A stretch of 64,000 nt of DNA from Minisyncoccota bacterium (GCA_041661795.1 JBAZTS010000001.1:124161-188160), one strand, 5' to 3'. Positions 17,693-27,311 are shown, counted from the stretch's first letter. Numbers and translations are program-made. The notes: generated by a model not told the origin, from the letters alone.

Positions 17693-18118
17693 TTAAGCGG
17701 CCTTTCTTTCTTCTTCATCTTCTTCAGAAATCTCTGGTAATTTAGCTTCTATGCTCGGATATTCAACAAAATCGGAACTTCCCAAACTCTTTAGAGCTTC
17801 GTTGACTTCGTCGGTAAATCTATTGAGCATTTTTTGATAAAGAGGAATTTCTTCGTCTTTGATTTCCATAATAATAATCTCTCTTTTCAAAGATTCCGGG
17901 AATTTTTTTAGAGCCATTAAATACTGGCCCCTCTCTATGTTTGATTCGTTGGCCCCTAATATATCAGCCACACCTCCGAATTTTTCTTGAAGAGATTTGA
18001 AATACTTTGTAAAATTGGTTAATCCTTCTTCGTATTGTTTTATATCTTGAGCCAAATGTTTGGCAACCAGACCAACTTCGTAATCAAGACTCTCAAAACC
18101 ATTTTTTTCAATATTCAT
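17693..18118 (-). CDS. hypothetical acidic protein
   Basis: 141-aa ORF. No recognisable motif. Acidic C-terminus. Confidence 0.4.
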   Translation of the reverse strand: MNIEKNGFESLDYEVGLVAKHLAQDIKQYEEGLTNFTKYFKSLQEKFGGVADILGANESNIERGQYLMALKKFPESLKREIIIMEIKDEEIPLYQKMLNRFTDEVNEALKSLGSSDFVEYPSIEAKLPEISEEDEEERKAA

Positions 18119-18135
18119 ATTTTTATTGTTAATTA

Positions 18136-19575
18136 TTATTTTGATAATTTTCCAAATATATTTTTAACCACTGCCGGATTTGATTTTCCTTTGGTTTTAG
18201 CCATCACCTGTCCGATAAGGAATTGTACGGCGCTTTCTTTACCATTCTTGTAATCATACCATACTTTCTGGTTATCGTCAATAACCGACTGAACGACAGT
18301 TTCTATTTCTAATTCGTCTGAAATCTGGGTTAATCCTTCGTTTTTAACTATGTTTTCGGGGGATTCTCCCGTATCAAAGCTTTTTATAAGAACATCTTTA
18401 GCGACTCGGCTGGATATTTTCTCTTTGGTTATCATGTCGGCTATTTGAGCTAAAAATATTGGTTTAAACCCCGACTGAGATATTAATATTCCCCTTTCCG
18501 ATTCTACTCCCTTCAAGTCAGATGTTAAGTAATTAAAAATCAGATCAATATCTCCGGAGTCATTTAGGGATTTGAATTCGGAGACGGCTTCTTCAAAAAA
18601 ATCAGAAATGTACATATCGTTTATAAGGACATCTCTTTGTAAATCGGAAAGATTGAATTGAGAAGACAACCTGTCTCTTTTTTGCTTCGGCAGTTCGCTT
18701 ATCTTAGCTCTCACTTCTTTCAAATATTGGTCCGAAAAAGTAAACGGAGGTAAATCCGGTTCTGGAAAATATCTATAATCGTGGGCCTCTTCTTTGCTTC
18801 TTTGAGAAAATGTTTCTCCTTTGGTTTCATCCCAGCCACGCGTTTCTTGTTTTATGGTTTCTCCCTCGGTTAATCTTTCCGATTGTCTTTCTATTTCGTA
18901 ATTAATTGCGCCAAAAACAGCTTTAAATGAATTTAGATTTTTTACCTCCACCTTGGTTCCCAATGGATCTCCATCTTTAGCAACAGAAGTGTTGGCCTCA
19001 ATTCTTAAATGTCCTTTTTCCATATCGCCATCAGAGACCCCAAGATATCGGAGTATCAACTGAAACTCGTGAGCAAACTCAACTACGTCTTGAGCCAAAG
19101 AAAAATCCGGTTCAGTAACAAGTTCCATTAGTGGAACTCCGGCTCTATTAAAATCAACCAAGCTATGCTTGCCATCTCCGGCATGACAAAGTTTTCCCGT
19201 GTCTTCTTCCAAATGAATTCTGGTTATCCTTATTTTTTTACCGCTTGATGGCAGTATTAAAAAACCATCCAAACAAAAGGGTTTATCGTATTGGCTTATC
19301 TGATAGGCCTTAGGAAGGTCAGGATAAAAGTAATTTTTCCTGTCAAATTTTGAGAGCTTGTTAATCTGGCAGTTTAGAGCCAGACCCGTCTTTAAAACCA
19401 TTTCTATGGCTTCTCTGTTGGCTTTAGGCAAAGTTCCGGGGTGAGCCATACAGATTGGACAAACATTAGTGTTGGGATCTATTTCCATTGGATCATTCTT
19501 GCAATCACAAAACATCTTGCTTTGTGTAGAAAGCTCCGCGTGAATTTCCAAACCAATTGTAGGACGATAATTCAT
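18136..19575 (-). CDS. gatB: Asp-tRNA(Asn)/Glu-tRNA(Gln) amidotransferase subunit B
   Basis: N-terminus MNYRPTIGLEIHAELSTQSKMFCDCKND and overall GatB architecture. 479 aa. Confidence 0.9.
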   Translation of the reverse strand: MNYRPTIGLEIHAELSTQSKMFCDCKNDPMEIDPNTNVCPICMAHPGTLPKANREAIEMVLKTGLALNCQINKLSKFDRKNYFYPDLPKAYQISQYDKPFCLDGFLILPSSGKKIRITRIHLEEDTGKLCHAGDGKHSLVDFNRAGVPLMELVTEPDFSLAQDVVEFAHEFQLILRYLGVSDGDMEKGHLRIEANTSVAKDGDPLGTKVEVKNLNSFKAVFGAINYEIERQSERLTEGETIKQETRGWDETKGETFSQRSKEEAHDYRYFPEPDLPPFTFSDQYLKEVRAKISELPKQKRDRLSSQFNLSDLQRDVLINDMYISDFFEEAVSEFKSLNDSGDIDLIFNYLTSDLKGVESERGILISQSGFKPIFLAQIADMITKEKISSRVAKDVLIKSFDTGESPENIVKNEGLTQISDELEIETVVQSVIDDNQKVWYDYKNGKESAVQFLIGQVMAKTKGKSNPAVVKNIFGKLSK

Positions 19576-19602
19576 ATTGGATATTTTATCACAAAAAATT
19601 TA

Positions 19603-20229
19603 TTATAAATATTCAAATAAAGCCAATTTGGTTTTTTCAAATACTTCTTCTGGAGTTCCAGAACCATCGATTATAGTAAACCCCTCAAAATGGGAACCGA
19701 TTGAAAGAAACTTTTCTCTAATTGATTTTAAATTTGATAAAGTCTCAAATATTGACTTTGCATCATTTCTTTTTTCTATGCGTGTCATTGCTAATTCAGA
19801 ATCAATATCAAAAAAAATAATTTTCGAGGGCATAATAAACTTATCGCCGATAATTTCTTTGTGATTATCCCAGAAAGTTTTCCAATGTGTTTCTCCTCTG
19901 AAACTTCCATAAGCCAAGGTTGAGAGAAAATATCTATCACAAAAAACCTGCATTCCCTTCTTTATAGCTGGTGCAATAACTTTGTCTATATGATCTTTCC
20001 TGTCCAAGATAAAAAGTAATTGACGTTGTTCATTAGATATATCTTTAATTTTACCAGACAGCACATCGTCTATCTTTTGGGACCATTCCCCTTGTTTTGT
20101 GGGCTCAAATGTAAAAACTATATTGTTCTTTTTGTTATCGGCAACATATTTTTTCAACATTTCAATCTGCGTCCCTTTTCCGGATCCGTCTATTCCCTCA
20201 AAGACAATAAAGTTTTTCTCTGTAACCAT
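19603..20229 (-). CDS. tmk: thymidylate kinase
   Basis: P-loop FEGIDGSGKGTQ and a DRY-like motif. 208 aa. Confidence 0.85.
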   Translation of the reverse strand: MVTEKNFIVFEGIDGSGKGTQIEMLKKYVADNKKNNIVFTFEPTKQGEWSQKIDDVLSGKIKDISNEQRQLLFILDRKDHIDKVIAPAIKKGMQVFCDRYFLSTLAYGSFRGETHWKTFWDNHKEIIGDKFIMPSKIIFFDIDSELAMTRIEKRNDAKSIFETLSNLKSIREKFLSIGSHFEGFTIIDGSGTPEEVFEKTKLALFEYL

Positions 20230-20259
20230 AAAGTTATTATATCAAAAGGTTACTGGTAA

Positions 20260-20288
20260 TCAAAAACCCGCCAAGGCGGGTTTTTGTT
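20260..20288 (-). terminator. intrinsic terminator after rplK (AAACCCGCC-TTGG-GGCGGGTTT + T-run; bidirectional)
   Basis: Perfect 9-bp stem with flanking A5 and T5 runs, seen in sequence. Confidence 0.6.
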
Positions 20289-20714
20289 CTATTCTTTTAT
20301 TTCTATACCCATGCTTCTTGCCGTTCCTTCAATTATTTTTTGGGCCTGTTTTATATCCTTAGTATTAAGGTCGGGCATCTTCTTTTGGGCAATATCTTTG
20401 ATGTCCGATTTTGAAACACTCCCCACCTTATCTTTTAGAGGATTTCCAGAACCCTTCTCTATCCCGGCAGCTTTTTTCAATAAATCCGATACCGGAGAAG
20501 TTTTTAATTTAAATTCAAAGCTTCTATCTTCGTAGATGGTAATAACCGCCGGAACAATACTTCCCGTCATTTCCTTGGTAGCATCATTAAACTGCTGACA
20601 AAATTGACCTAAGTTTATTCCATGAGGCCCAAGAGCTGTTCCCACTGGAGGGGCCGGTGTAGCTGCTCCTGCTGGAAGTTGTATTTTTATTATTGTTTTT
20701 ACTGGTTTTGCCAT
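20289..20714 (-). CDS. rplK: 50S ribosomal protein L11
   Basis: [34 protein letters not shown]... is the canonical L11 sequence. Confidence 0.9.
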   Translation of the reverse strand: MAKPVKTIIKIQLPAGAATPAPPVGTALGPHGINLGQFCQQFNDATKEMTGSIVPAVITIYEDRSFEFKLKTSPVSDLLKKAAGIEKGSGNPLKDKVGSVSKSDIKDIAQKKMPDLNTKDIKQAQKIIEGTARSMGIEIKE

Positions 20715-20719
20715 AATTT

Positions 20720-21304
20720 TTAAATTTTTTGAATTTGTAATGAATCTATTTCTATTATTGTCTCTCTTCCAAAAACCGGAATAGCTACTTTAATTCTTCC
20801 ATGTTCTTCGTCAACTTCGGTAATTTTTCCTTCGTAGTCCTTAAACGGACCGTCAACTATTTTTACCAAATCTTCCAGAACATACTCAATCTTGAACTTC
20901 ATCTCTTTGTTCTCGTCCATCTTGGACATAAGGAAAGTAATTTCTTCTGCCGAAAGAGGTGTGGGTTTTGTTGAGTCGGGTCCGACAAATCCCATGACTC
21001 TTGGGGTGTTTCTGACGACATACCAAGAATCTTCCGACAAATTCATTTCCACCAAAACATATCCCGGATAAATCTTTTCTTCAACTATTTTTCTTTTGCC
21101 ATTCTTTATTTTTATATTTTTTTCTTTGGGCACTATAACGTTAAAAATTTTATCGTTCATTGAAAGCGACTCAACTCTTTGTTTTAGATATCTGGCCACA
21201 GCATCTTCATACCCTGAATAAGTGTGAACAGCATACCAACGTTTTTGACTCTTATCTTTGTCGTCTACCTGCAAACCCTTTTTATCGTTATTTTCCTGTT
21301 CCAT
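20720..21304 (-). CDS. nusG: transcription termination/antitermination factor NusG
   Basis: NGN domain ([13 protein letters not shown]) and KOW motif ([19 protein letters not shown]). secE-nusG-rplK synteny. Confidence 0.9.
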   Translation of the reverse strand: MEQENNDKKGLQVDDKDKSQKRWYAVHTYSGYEDAVARYLKQRVESLSMNDKIFNVIVPKEKNIKIKNGKRKIVEEKIYPGYVLVEMNLSEDSWYVVRNTPRVMGFVGPDSTKPTPLSAEEITFLMSKMDENKEMKFKIEYVLEDLVKIVDGPFKDYEGKITEVDEEHGRIKVAIPVFGRETIIEIDSLQIQKI

Positions 21305-21309
21305 GTTTT

Positions 21310-21492
21310 TTAAAAAGTTAAACTCAAAAGATAGGAGAATAAAATATCTAAAAGTCCTAAGAAAATAGATACCACTATGGAAAATCCTATAACAACCACA
21401 GTCAAATTAACCGTTTCATTTTTGGTAGGCCAATTAACTTTTTTTAATTCGTGATAGGATTCTATAAAATATGATTTGATTTTTTGTATCAT
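21310..21492 (-). CDS. secE: preprotein translocase subunit SecE
   Basis: 60-aa protein with a single C-terminal TM helix. Conserved position upstream of nusG. Confidence 0.7.
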   Translation of the reverse strand: MIQKIKSYFIESYHELKKVNWPTKNETVNLTVVVIGFSIVVSIFLGLLDILFSYLLSLTF

Positions 21493-21544
21493 TTTATTTT
21501 AAAGCCGCCTCTGGGCGGCACCCTTGTATACTACCAAAACAACC

Positions 21545-23539
21545 TTAAATGTCAAGATTCTTAACCATAGCCGCTCTGCTCTGAATAAAGTGTTTTCTGG
21601 GTTCAACTTTTTCACCCATAAGAATATCAAAGAGCCGATCCGCCTGTTGAGCGTCTTCAATTCTAATTTGTTTTACTGTCCTTGTAGCCGGATCCATGGT
21701 CGTTTCCCAAAGTTGCGGAGGATTCATTTCTCCAAGACCTTTGTAGCGCTGAATATTAACTCCCTTAACAATTTCGGACACTTCTTCTTCACTTCCGATG
21801 TCTACATTTTCATTCTTCTGGTCTTTAATTTTACCGAATTCAGAAATAAGTTTTTCTTTTTCCGCATCAGAATAAGCATATTTGAACTCGCGACCCTTTT
21901 GTATTCTGTAAAGTGGCGGTTGAGCAATATATAAATATCCTCTTTCTATTATTTCCCTAAAATATCTGTAGAAAAGAGTTAAAAGTAAAGTTCTGATATG
22001 AGCTCCGTCAACATCAGCATCGGTCATAATAATTATTTTATGATAACGAATTTTATCAGGATTAAAATCATTGCCAATAGCGGTACCCAAAGCAATAACC
22101 AAAGATTTTATTTCATTGTTGGCAAGCATTTTATCCAAACGAGATTTTTCAACGTTAAGAATCTTTCCACGCAAAGGCAGTATAGCTTGGAATTTTCTGT
22201 CTCTTCCCTGTTTTCCAGAACCACCGGCGCTGTCTCCCTCAACAATAAACAATTCGGATTGAGCAGGATCTTTTGACGTACAATCGGCAAGTTTTCCGGG
22301 TAAGGCCAAACCTTCCAAGGGGCCCTTCCTTAAAACCGTTTCTTTGGCGGCTTTAGCGGCTTTTCTGGCTTTAACGGACAACAAACATTTAGAAATAATT
22401 AACCTTCCTTCATCTGAATATTTTTGTAAAAATTCTTTTAACGCCTCTGAAACTACCGATTCAACGGCGGTTCTAGCCGGAGGATTGCCAAGACGAGCTT
22501 TGGTTTGCCCTTCAAATTGGGGTTCTCTTATTTTTATAGAAACTATAGCCACAATACCTTCTCTGACATCGTCTCCGGTAAAATTATCTTCTTTTTCTTT
22601 AATATAAGTGTTTTCCCTGGCATAGTCGTTTAAAGCTCTTGTCAAAGCGGAACGAAAACCGGTCAAATGCATTCCCCCATCAGTTGTAAAAATATTATTA
22701 GCAAAACTCAATTCTTGAATTTCAGTATCGTTATTATAAACAAAAGCCGCTTCCACTTGGATTCCGTCATATTCTTTATTAACGTAAAAAGGAGTTTCTT
22801 GAACAGAATCTCCAAATTCATTTAGGTAATTAAGAAAAGAGATTATCCCTCCCTCAAAACAAAAAGAATAATACTGAATAAATTCTTCTCTCTCGTCAAT
22901 AATTTCAATACGAACTCCTTTTACCAAAAAGGCCTGCTGTCTTAGGTGATCAATTATTTTTTTTCTATCAAACTCGCCTTTGGAAAGAATTTCATCATCC
23001 GGTTGAAAAGTAACTTTAGTACCGGTATTTTTTGAAGCGCCAACCTTTTTAACTTTATATTGAGGAACCCCTTTTTTATATTCCTGAACATAAGAACCGC
23101 CATCTCTCTCAACTTCAACCTTCATCCATTTGGAAAGAGCGTTAACAACAGAAACACCAACTCCGTGAAGTCCCCCAGCAACTTTGTATGATTCGCCGCC
23201 AAATTTTCCTCCAGCATGAAGAGTACAAAGAACGGTTTCTAAAGCCGATCTTTTCGTCTGTGGGTGGATATCAACTGGAATACCTCTCCCATCGTCAGTA
23301 ACAGAAACTTTATTATCCTTAAGAAGTTCTACCCGAACATTCTTAGCGTGTCCGGCCATAGCTTCGTCTATAGAGTTATCAACAACCTCCCAAACCAAAT
23401 GATGAAGACCATCGGTTCCGGTAGAACCAATGTACATTCCCGGTCTTTTTCTGACCGGCTCTAATCCTTCAAGAACATATATATCTTTGGCGCTGTAAGA
23501 AGGACTATTTTCCTTATTTTTTTCCTCTTTTTTAGACAT
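21545..23539 (-). CDS. gyrB: DNA gyrase subunit B (or topoisomerase IV ParE; compact 664-aa form)
   Basis: GHKL ATPase motifs (HHLVWEVVDNSIDEAMAG, GLHGVGVSVVNALS). TOPRIM EGDSAGGS. C-terminal gyrB tail. Confidence 0.85.
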   Translation of the reverse strand: MSKKEEKNKENSPSYSAKDIYVLEGLEPVRKRPGMYIGSTGTDGLHHLVWEVVDNSIDEAMAGHAKNVRVELLKDNKVSVTDDGRGIPVDIHPQTKRSALETVLCTLHAGGKFGGESYKVAGGLHGVGVSVVNALSKWMKVEVERDGGSYVQEYKKGVPQYKVKKVGASKNTGTKVTFQPDDEILSKGEFDRKKIIDHLRQQAFLVKGVRIEIIDEREEFIQYYSFCFEGGIISFLNYLNEFGDSVQETPFYVNKEYDGIQVEAAFVYNNDTEIQELSFANNIFTTDGGMHLTGFRSALTRALNDYARENTYIKEKEDNFTGDDVREGIVAIVSIKIREPQFEGQTKARLGNPPARTAVESVVSEALKEFLQKYSDEGRLIISKCLLSVKARKAAKAAKETVLRKGPLEGLALPGKLADCTSKDPAQSELFIVEGDSAGGSGKQGRDRKFQAILPLRGKILNVEKSRLDKMLANNEIKSLVIALGTAIGNDFNPDKIRYHKIIIMTDADVDGAHIRTLLLTLFYRYFREIIERGYLYIAQPPLYRIQKGREFKYAYSDAEKEKLISEFGKIKDQKNENVDIGSEEEVSEIVKGVNIQRYKGLGEMNPPQLWETTMDPATRTVKQIRIEDAQQADRLFDILMGEKVEPRKHFIQSRAAMVKNLDI

Positions 23540-23625
23540 ATAGATGAAACAAAAAATGCCTCAATGCCCTCTAATTATAGCAAAATTGGGTAAAAAAACA
23601 ACCCTAAATATGATACAATATTATC

Positions 23626-24465
23626 ATGAATCCAAGAAAAATCATTGTTAGATTTATTATTCCCATACTTGCATTCGGTATTCCCTTTGTCGTTCCTTTG
23701 TACAATTTTTCCTATCCGCAAGATCTTTTGAATGTCGTTTCTTTGCTTTTCGTTATCATACTCGGTTTTTTTATAGCAGCAGCCACATCAAATTATCTTA
23801 ATTTTCAATCATGCCTTGCGGAAGAGAACAGCGCTCTAGTCACGCTTTTTAATATTGTTAAACTGGTAGCCCCCTCATCAACAAAAAAGATAGCTGATCT
23901 TATTGATTACTATGTAATCAAAACGCTTGATTATGAAATTGGAGAATATGCCGACCATACCCAGAAAGAATATGATGAAATCGTTGAAGAGGTAGATAAA
24001 TCAAAAATAAATTCTAAAAACTCAAATAGTTTGGCTTTGTTTTCATATATGCACGAGGTTAAATGTAACTTATTAAAAGTGCGACAAAATGTTTTTCAAG
24101 CAGCCAGAAAAGTTATGCACGGCACTCATTGGGCCATACTGGTATTACTTGCACTTGTTATTGAATTTCTCCTCTTGTCCGCACGCAATGGTGACGTATT
24201 TATAAATGCGATTATGGGAGTGATTACTATTGCCCTCTGTCTTGCTTTAATACTTCTTTATGAAGTTGACAGTAATGTATTCCTTGAAGAACAGCTTGCT
24301 TATGGAGATCCGCAAAAAGTTTTTGAAGCCATTGGAAAACTGCCTTATTATCCGGAGACCGCCATAAAATACAACATCGCAAAACCAGAAAAAAAATACC
24401 GCATCGGTATATACACCAACTATCCCAAATCTTTTGAGAAGACAATTAAGATAGTGGAAAAATAA
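23626..24465 (+). CDS. hypothetical integral membrane protein
   Basis: 279 aa with several hydrophobic helices (N-terminal IIPILAFGIPFVVPLY, central WAILVLLALVIEFLLL). No enzymatic motif. Confidence 0.45.
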   Translation: MNPRKIIVRFIIPILAFGIPFVVPLYNFSYPQDLLNVVSLLFVIILGFFIAAATSNYLNFQSCLAEENSALVTLFNIVKLVAPSSTKKIADLIDYYVIKTLDYEIGEYADHTQKEYDEIVEEVDKSKINSKNSNSLALFSYMHEVKCNLLKVRQNVFQAARKVMHGTHWAILVLLALVIEFLLLSARNGDVFINAIMGVITIALCLALILLYEVDSNVFLEEQLAYGDPQKVFEAIGKLPYYPETAIKYNIAKPEKKYRIGIYTNYPKSFEKTIKIVEK

Positions 24466-24487
24466 GATCTTTTTAAATTGACTTTAT

Positions 24488-24564
24488 TGGGGTGAGCAAC
24501 GGGGATTGAACCCGTGACCTCCTGGGCCACAACCAGGCGCTCTACCAGCTGAGCTATGCCCACC
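24488..24564 (-). tRNA. tRNA-His (anticodon GTG) with the extra 5' G(-1) and encoded CCA
   Basis: Reverse complement gives GGTGGGCATAGCTCAGCTGGTAGAGCGCCTGGTTGTGGCCCAGGAGGTCACGGGTTCAATCCCCGTTGCTCACCCCA. Confidence 0.85.
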
Positions 24565-24569
24565 ATACT

Positions 24570-25061
24570 TTAACGAACATTCATTTTTATGAGTATACGC
24601 CGCACATATCCCCAGTCAAGATTTAATTGCTTCCCTATCTCCCTATAGGAAGCACCAGAAGTTCTCATCTCTAGGGCTTTTGCTTTTTTATGTTCCATTA
24701 CAGATATTTTAACATTCCTCTTTTTGGCGTATTTACTCAATTCTGGAATTACTTTTTTAGCAATAGCATTTTTGACTATAAGATAATCGAAAATTCTTTT
24801 CAAAAAATAAAGCACATCGTCTTGTTTAGAAATATAATAAATCCAACTATCTTTCCAGTGAGATTTTCTTTTTGTGATTTTACAGACATAACCAACTTTA
24901 CTGAATTTAACTATGCCATCAAGAACCTCCTGATTTGTTTGAGATATGGCAATTCGGTATCCCTTGCCGTTGTGGCTTATACATCCCTCTCCATCAAAAA
25001 ATCCTGCTATATATTCCCATTTCATTAGGTCAATTATATCACTAATAAGTGGATACATCAA
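24570..25061 (-). mobile_element. freestanding LAGLIDADG homing endonuclease with C-terminal HTH
   Basis: Motif YIAGFFDGEGCI (the LAGLIDADG/DGEG core) near the N-terminus. C-terminal sigma-70 region-4-like HTH (ASYREIGKQLNLDWGYVRRIL). Its stop codon sits 6 nt from the tRNA-His 5' end. Confidence 0.75.
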
Positions 25062-25128
25062 TCATTACCGACTATACAAGAACCACATATTGATTTTATC
25101 ACAATAAAGCAATAAAATAGCAGATGAT

Positions 25129-25200
25129 GTTCCCATAGTTCAACGGATAGAACGACTCCCTTCTAAGGAGTAGATCCGGGTTCGATTCCTGGTGGGAATA
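25129..25200 (+). tRNA. tRNA-Arg (anticodon TCT)
   Basis: Acceptor GTTCCCA/TGGGAAT. Anticodon stem ACTCC/GGAGT with loop CTTCTAA. T-arm CCGGGTTCGATTCCTGG. Confidence 0.85.
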
Positions 25201-25258
25201 CATATAAGTTAATATAAAATTGCCTTATATTAGTTTTTTTGATAATTTTAAAAATGAT

Positions 25259-25330
25259 GCCGCGGTAGCTCAGTGGTAGAGCTTTCGCCTGAAGAGCGAA
25301 GAGTCGTCAGTTCGATTCTGACCCGCGGCA
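25259..25330 (+). tRNA. tRNA-Phe (anticodon GAA)
   Basis: Acceptor GCCGCGG/CCGCGGC. Anticodon loop CTGAAGA. T-arm GTCAGTTCGATTCTGAC. Confidence 0.85.
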
Positions 25331-25354
25331 CTGTTAATTAAAAAAACTACAAAT

Positions 25355-25426
25355 CGGGCCGTAGTGTAATGGTAGCACGAATGCTTTGGGAGTATTTAGT
25401 CCGAGTTCAAATCTCGGCGGCCCGAC
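25355..25426 (+). tRNA. tRNA-Pro (anticodon TGG)
   Basis: Acceptor CGGGCCG/CGGCCCG. Anticodon loop TTTGGGA. T-arm CCGAGTTCAAATCTCGG. Confidence 0.8.
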
Positions 25427-25580
25427 AAAAATAAAGACCCTTTTTTGGGTTTTTATTTTTGTTGTGACCCAAGAGATTTGAATAGAGAATGTGAAATTCT
25501 CGCTTGCCCGCCCGAAGCTTTAGCGAAGGAGGGGCGGCCCGACAAAAATAAAGACCCTTTTTTGGGTTTTTATTTTTGTT
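25413..25580 (+). repeat. ~48-bp direct duplication of the tRNA-Pro 3' end plus its terminator (25413..25460 and 25531..25580), separated by a ~70-bp spacer
   Basis: GGCGGCCCGACAAAAATAAAGACCCTTTTTTGGGTTTTTATTTTTGTTGTG occurs twice, verbatim. Each copy contains the AAAGACCC-TTTTTT-GGGTTTTT terminator hairpin. Confidence 0.7.
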
Positions 25581-25600
25581 GTGGTTGTAAAATTGAATAT

Positions 25601-26086
25601 CTATTTAAGTTTATGATTCTTTCCAAAACAGCTCCAAGGTAAAGTCAACTCAATTTCGGAAAAATTATTAATAATCCATTGCACGTACGTATTACAATTA
25701 GGACCGGTTAAAAAATATTTATTGGTATAAGGATATAAAATTGGAGATTTTTCTATAAATTCAATCATTTTTTCTGCGTTTTTACCTTCAATTTTGGCGA
25801 ATAATTTACTCTCCCAATAATATCCTCGGAGGAAAGGAACAACTCTGATTCCCTGGAATGGAGGGAGAAAATCTTTGTATAAATTTCCCCAATTTTGTTT
25901 GTTTTTAATTTTTCTAAAAAGTATCTCCCATCTTGATACAGAACCTTTCTTATTTATTACAAACCAAGAATGAGCCCCAAAACTAAATGGCAGTGTTGCC
26001 GGGCACATAAACAAAAACACCTGGTAATTATCCGGCTCTATTAATTTTCCAAAATTATCTTTGTCCATAGAAATCCTTTTGAGCAA
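25601..26086 (-). CDS. hypothetical protein, possibly of the LRAT/NlpC-P60 papain-like superfamily
   Basis: 161 aa. GPNCNTYVQW resembles the LRAT-family NCEHF catalytic-Cys motif, with an upstream His (GAHSWFV). Weak, motif-only inference. Confidence 0.35.
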   Translation of the reverse strand: MLKRISMDKDNFGKLIEPDNYQVFLFMCPATLPFSFGAHSWFVINKKGSVSRWEILFRKIKNKQNWGNLYKDFLPPFQGIRVVPFLRGYYWESKLFAKIEGKNAEKMIEFIEKSPILYPYTNKYFLTGPNCNTYVQWIINNFSEIELTLPWSCFGKNHKLK

Positions 26087-26089
26087 GAT

Positions 26090-26422
26090 TTATAAAGAAT
26101 CTTCTATCTCATTCATCTCTTTTACGATTGCCTGATAAAGTTCATCTCGCCCCTTGTTCCAAGCCCACATTCTAGCGGCCTCAAAACTTTCAAGCGCTTC
26201 TGTTACGTATCCGGCTTTAAGATATAAATGGGCCTGTCTAATAACAAATCTGGGCACTGCTTCCGGGTCGGATGATTCTTGGACTTGTCTTTCGTGTTCT
26301 ATGGTCCAGTTAATCAAGGCGCTTCTGACTCCTTCGTCTTCTACTCCTTTTTCTCTAAGTAATTCAACCAAACGCTGTTCAATGCCTCCTTCTTCTTCAA
26401 ATTTTGGCTCTCCTTTTATCAT
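26090..26422 (-). CDS. hypothetical acidic helical protein
   Basis: 110-aa ORF. GC moderately elevated. No motif recognised. Confidence 0.35.
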   Translation of the reverse strand: MIKGEPKFEEEGGIEQRLVELLREKGVEDEGVRSALINWTIEHERQVQESSDPEAVPRFVIRQAHLYLKAGYVTEALESFEAARMWAWNKGRDELYQAIVKEMNEIEDSL

Positions 26423-26497
26423 ATGTTTATAAATTAATAATAAATTATTTGTTGACGGACTTTGTCCGCCGTAGCTCGTTGCTTCAACGAGCGAAGG

Positions 26498-26584
26498 CGG
26501 AGGGTACAGGATTTGAACCTGTGATCCCGTTTCCGGGAAACCGCATTTCGAATGCGGCGCAATAAACCACTATGCGAACCCTCC
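26498..26584 (-). tRNA. tRNA-Ser (anticodon CGA), long variable arm
   Basis: Reverse complement gives GGAGGGTTCGCATAGTGGTTTATTGCGCCGCATTCGAAATGCGGTTTCCCGGAAACGGGATCACAGGTTCAAATCCTGTACCCTCCG. Anticodon loop TTCGAAA. Confidence 0.8.
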
Positions 26585-26593
26585 CTGTGTTTT

Positions 26594-26872
26594 TTATCTT
26601 AAGTCATCTTCTCTCAAAACGGCAAGGATTTCATCTTTTATATCAACCCTGGTTCCGTCTTTATGAAGAACACGTTTCCATTTGGGTATATAAACAATTC
26701 CGTTTTTAAGATGAACTCTAAAAAATTCTATATTTCTTCCATCCCCTTCTTTGTCATCGTCTCCATAATGAAGACGATCATCGCGTATCTCCTCGACAAT
26801 TCTCATGATTTCTTCTTTTGACAATTTTTCCGAAGCGTGTTCCCTGCCTGGTTCTATCTCGTGATTATTCAT
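26594..26872 (-). CDS. hypothetical acidic protein
   Basis: The track ORF 26594..26938 overlaps tRNA-Arg(CCT) at its 5' end. The likely start is the internal Met (MNNHEIEPGREHA...). Confidence 0.35.
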   Translation of the reverse strand: MNNHEIEPGREHASEKLSKEEIMRIVEEIRDDRLHYGDDDKEGDGRNIEFFRVHLKNGIVYIPKWKRVLHKDGTRVDIKDEILAVLREDDLR

Positions 26873-26906
26873 AATATCTATTATATATAAATTTAATAAT
26901 AAATTG

Positions 26907-26978
26907 TGCCCCCGGGAAGAATCGAACTCCCATTTCATCCTTAGGACGGATTTGTTCTATCCGTTGAACTACGAGGGC
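26907..26978 (-). tRNA. tRNA-Arg (anticodon CCT)
   Basis: Reverse complement gives GCCCTCGTAGTTCAACGGATAGAACAAATCCGTCCTAAGGATGAAATGGGAGTTCGATTCTTCCCGGGGGCA. The D- and T-arms are near-identical to tRNA-Arg(TCT) at 25129. Confidence 0.8.
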
Positions 26979-27035
26979 AGATAATATTGAAAAAATGATA
27001 TTTATACTATATTATAAAAACACACTTTTATTCAA

Positions 27036-27106
27036 GGGCCTATAGTATAGCGGTAGAACACCTCCATGGCATGGAGGGGGTCGGGGTTCGACTCCCCGTA
27101 GGTCCA
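27036..27106 (+). tRNA. tRNA-Ala (anticodon GGC) with the G3:U70 identity pair
   Basis: Acceptor GGGCCTA/TAGGTCC gives G3:U70. Anticodon stem CCTCC/GGAGG with loop ATGGCAT. T-arm GGGGTTCGACTCCCC. Confidence 0.8.
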
Positions 27107-27265
27107 CAATAAAATATTTAATCAGAGATTAGATATTTTATTTGGGCCACAGGAATCGAATAGAGGTGGGTCGGAGGACGCTTAGTCCTTCGTGTAGGAA
27201 ATTATTCAAAACCGAGGATTTTGAAAGAGTCCGCCCTGGGCGGACGATGTGAGATTCCCCGTAGG
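27107..27265 (+). repeat. structured spacer ending in a second copy of the tRNA-Ala 3' terminus (TCCCCGTAGGTCCAC at 27248..27262); contains a GTCCGCC-CTG-GGCGGAC hairpin
   Basis: A 15-bp direct repeat of the tRNA-Ala 3' end, seen in sequence. The embedded GC-rich hairpin at 27224..27242 resembles the dispersed CCGCC/GGCGG element. Confidence 0.5.
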
Positions 27266-27311
27266 TCCACCCAAAGAAACATTGTCATTATAAATCTTAA
27301 AAGAAAATGAT

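Noticed and set aside
25445-25642. 65-aa ORF over the duplicated tRNA-Pro 3' end and terminator repeat
   Set aside because: It is composed of the two 48-bp direct repeats and their hairpins. It is a repeat-derived open frame and very unlikely to be coding.
27107-27265. Possibility that tRNA-Ala plus the downstream copy of its 3' end constitute a tmRNA
   Set aside because: The first 71 nt fold as a complete cloverleaf with a normal anticodon arm. The downstream segment has no T-arm (no GTTC...TCC), and I could find no tag-peptide reading frame ending in ...AA-stop. An integration scar or small RNA is more plausible.
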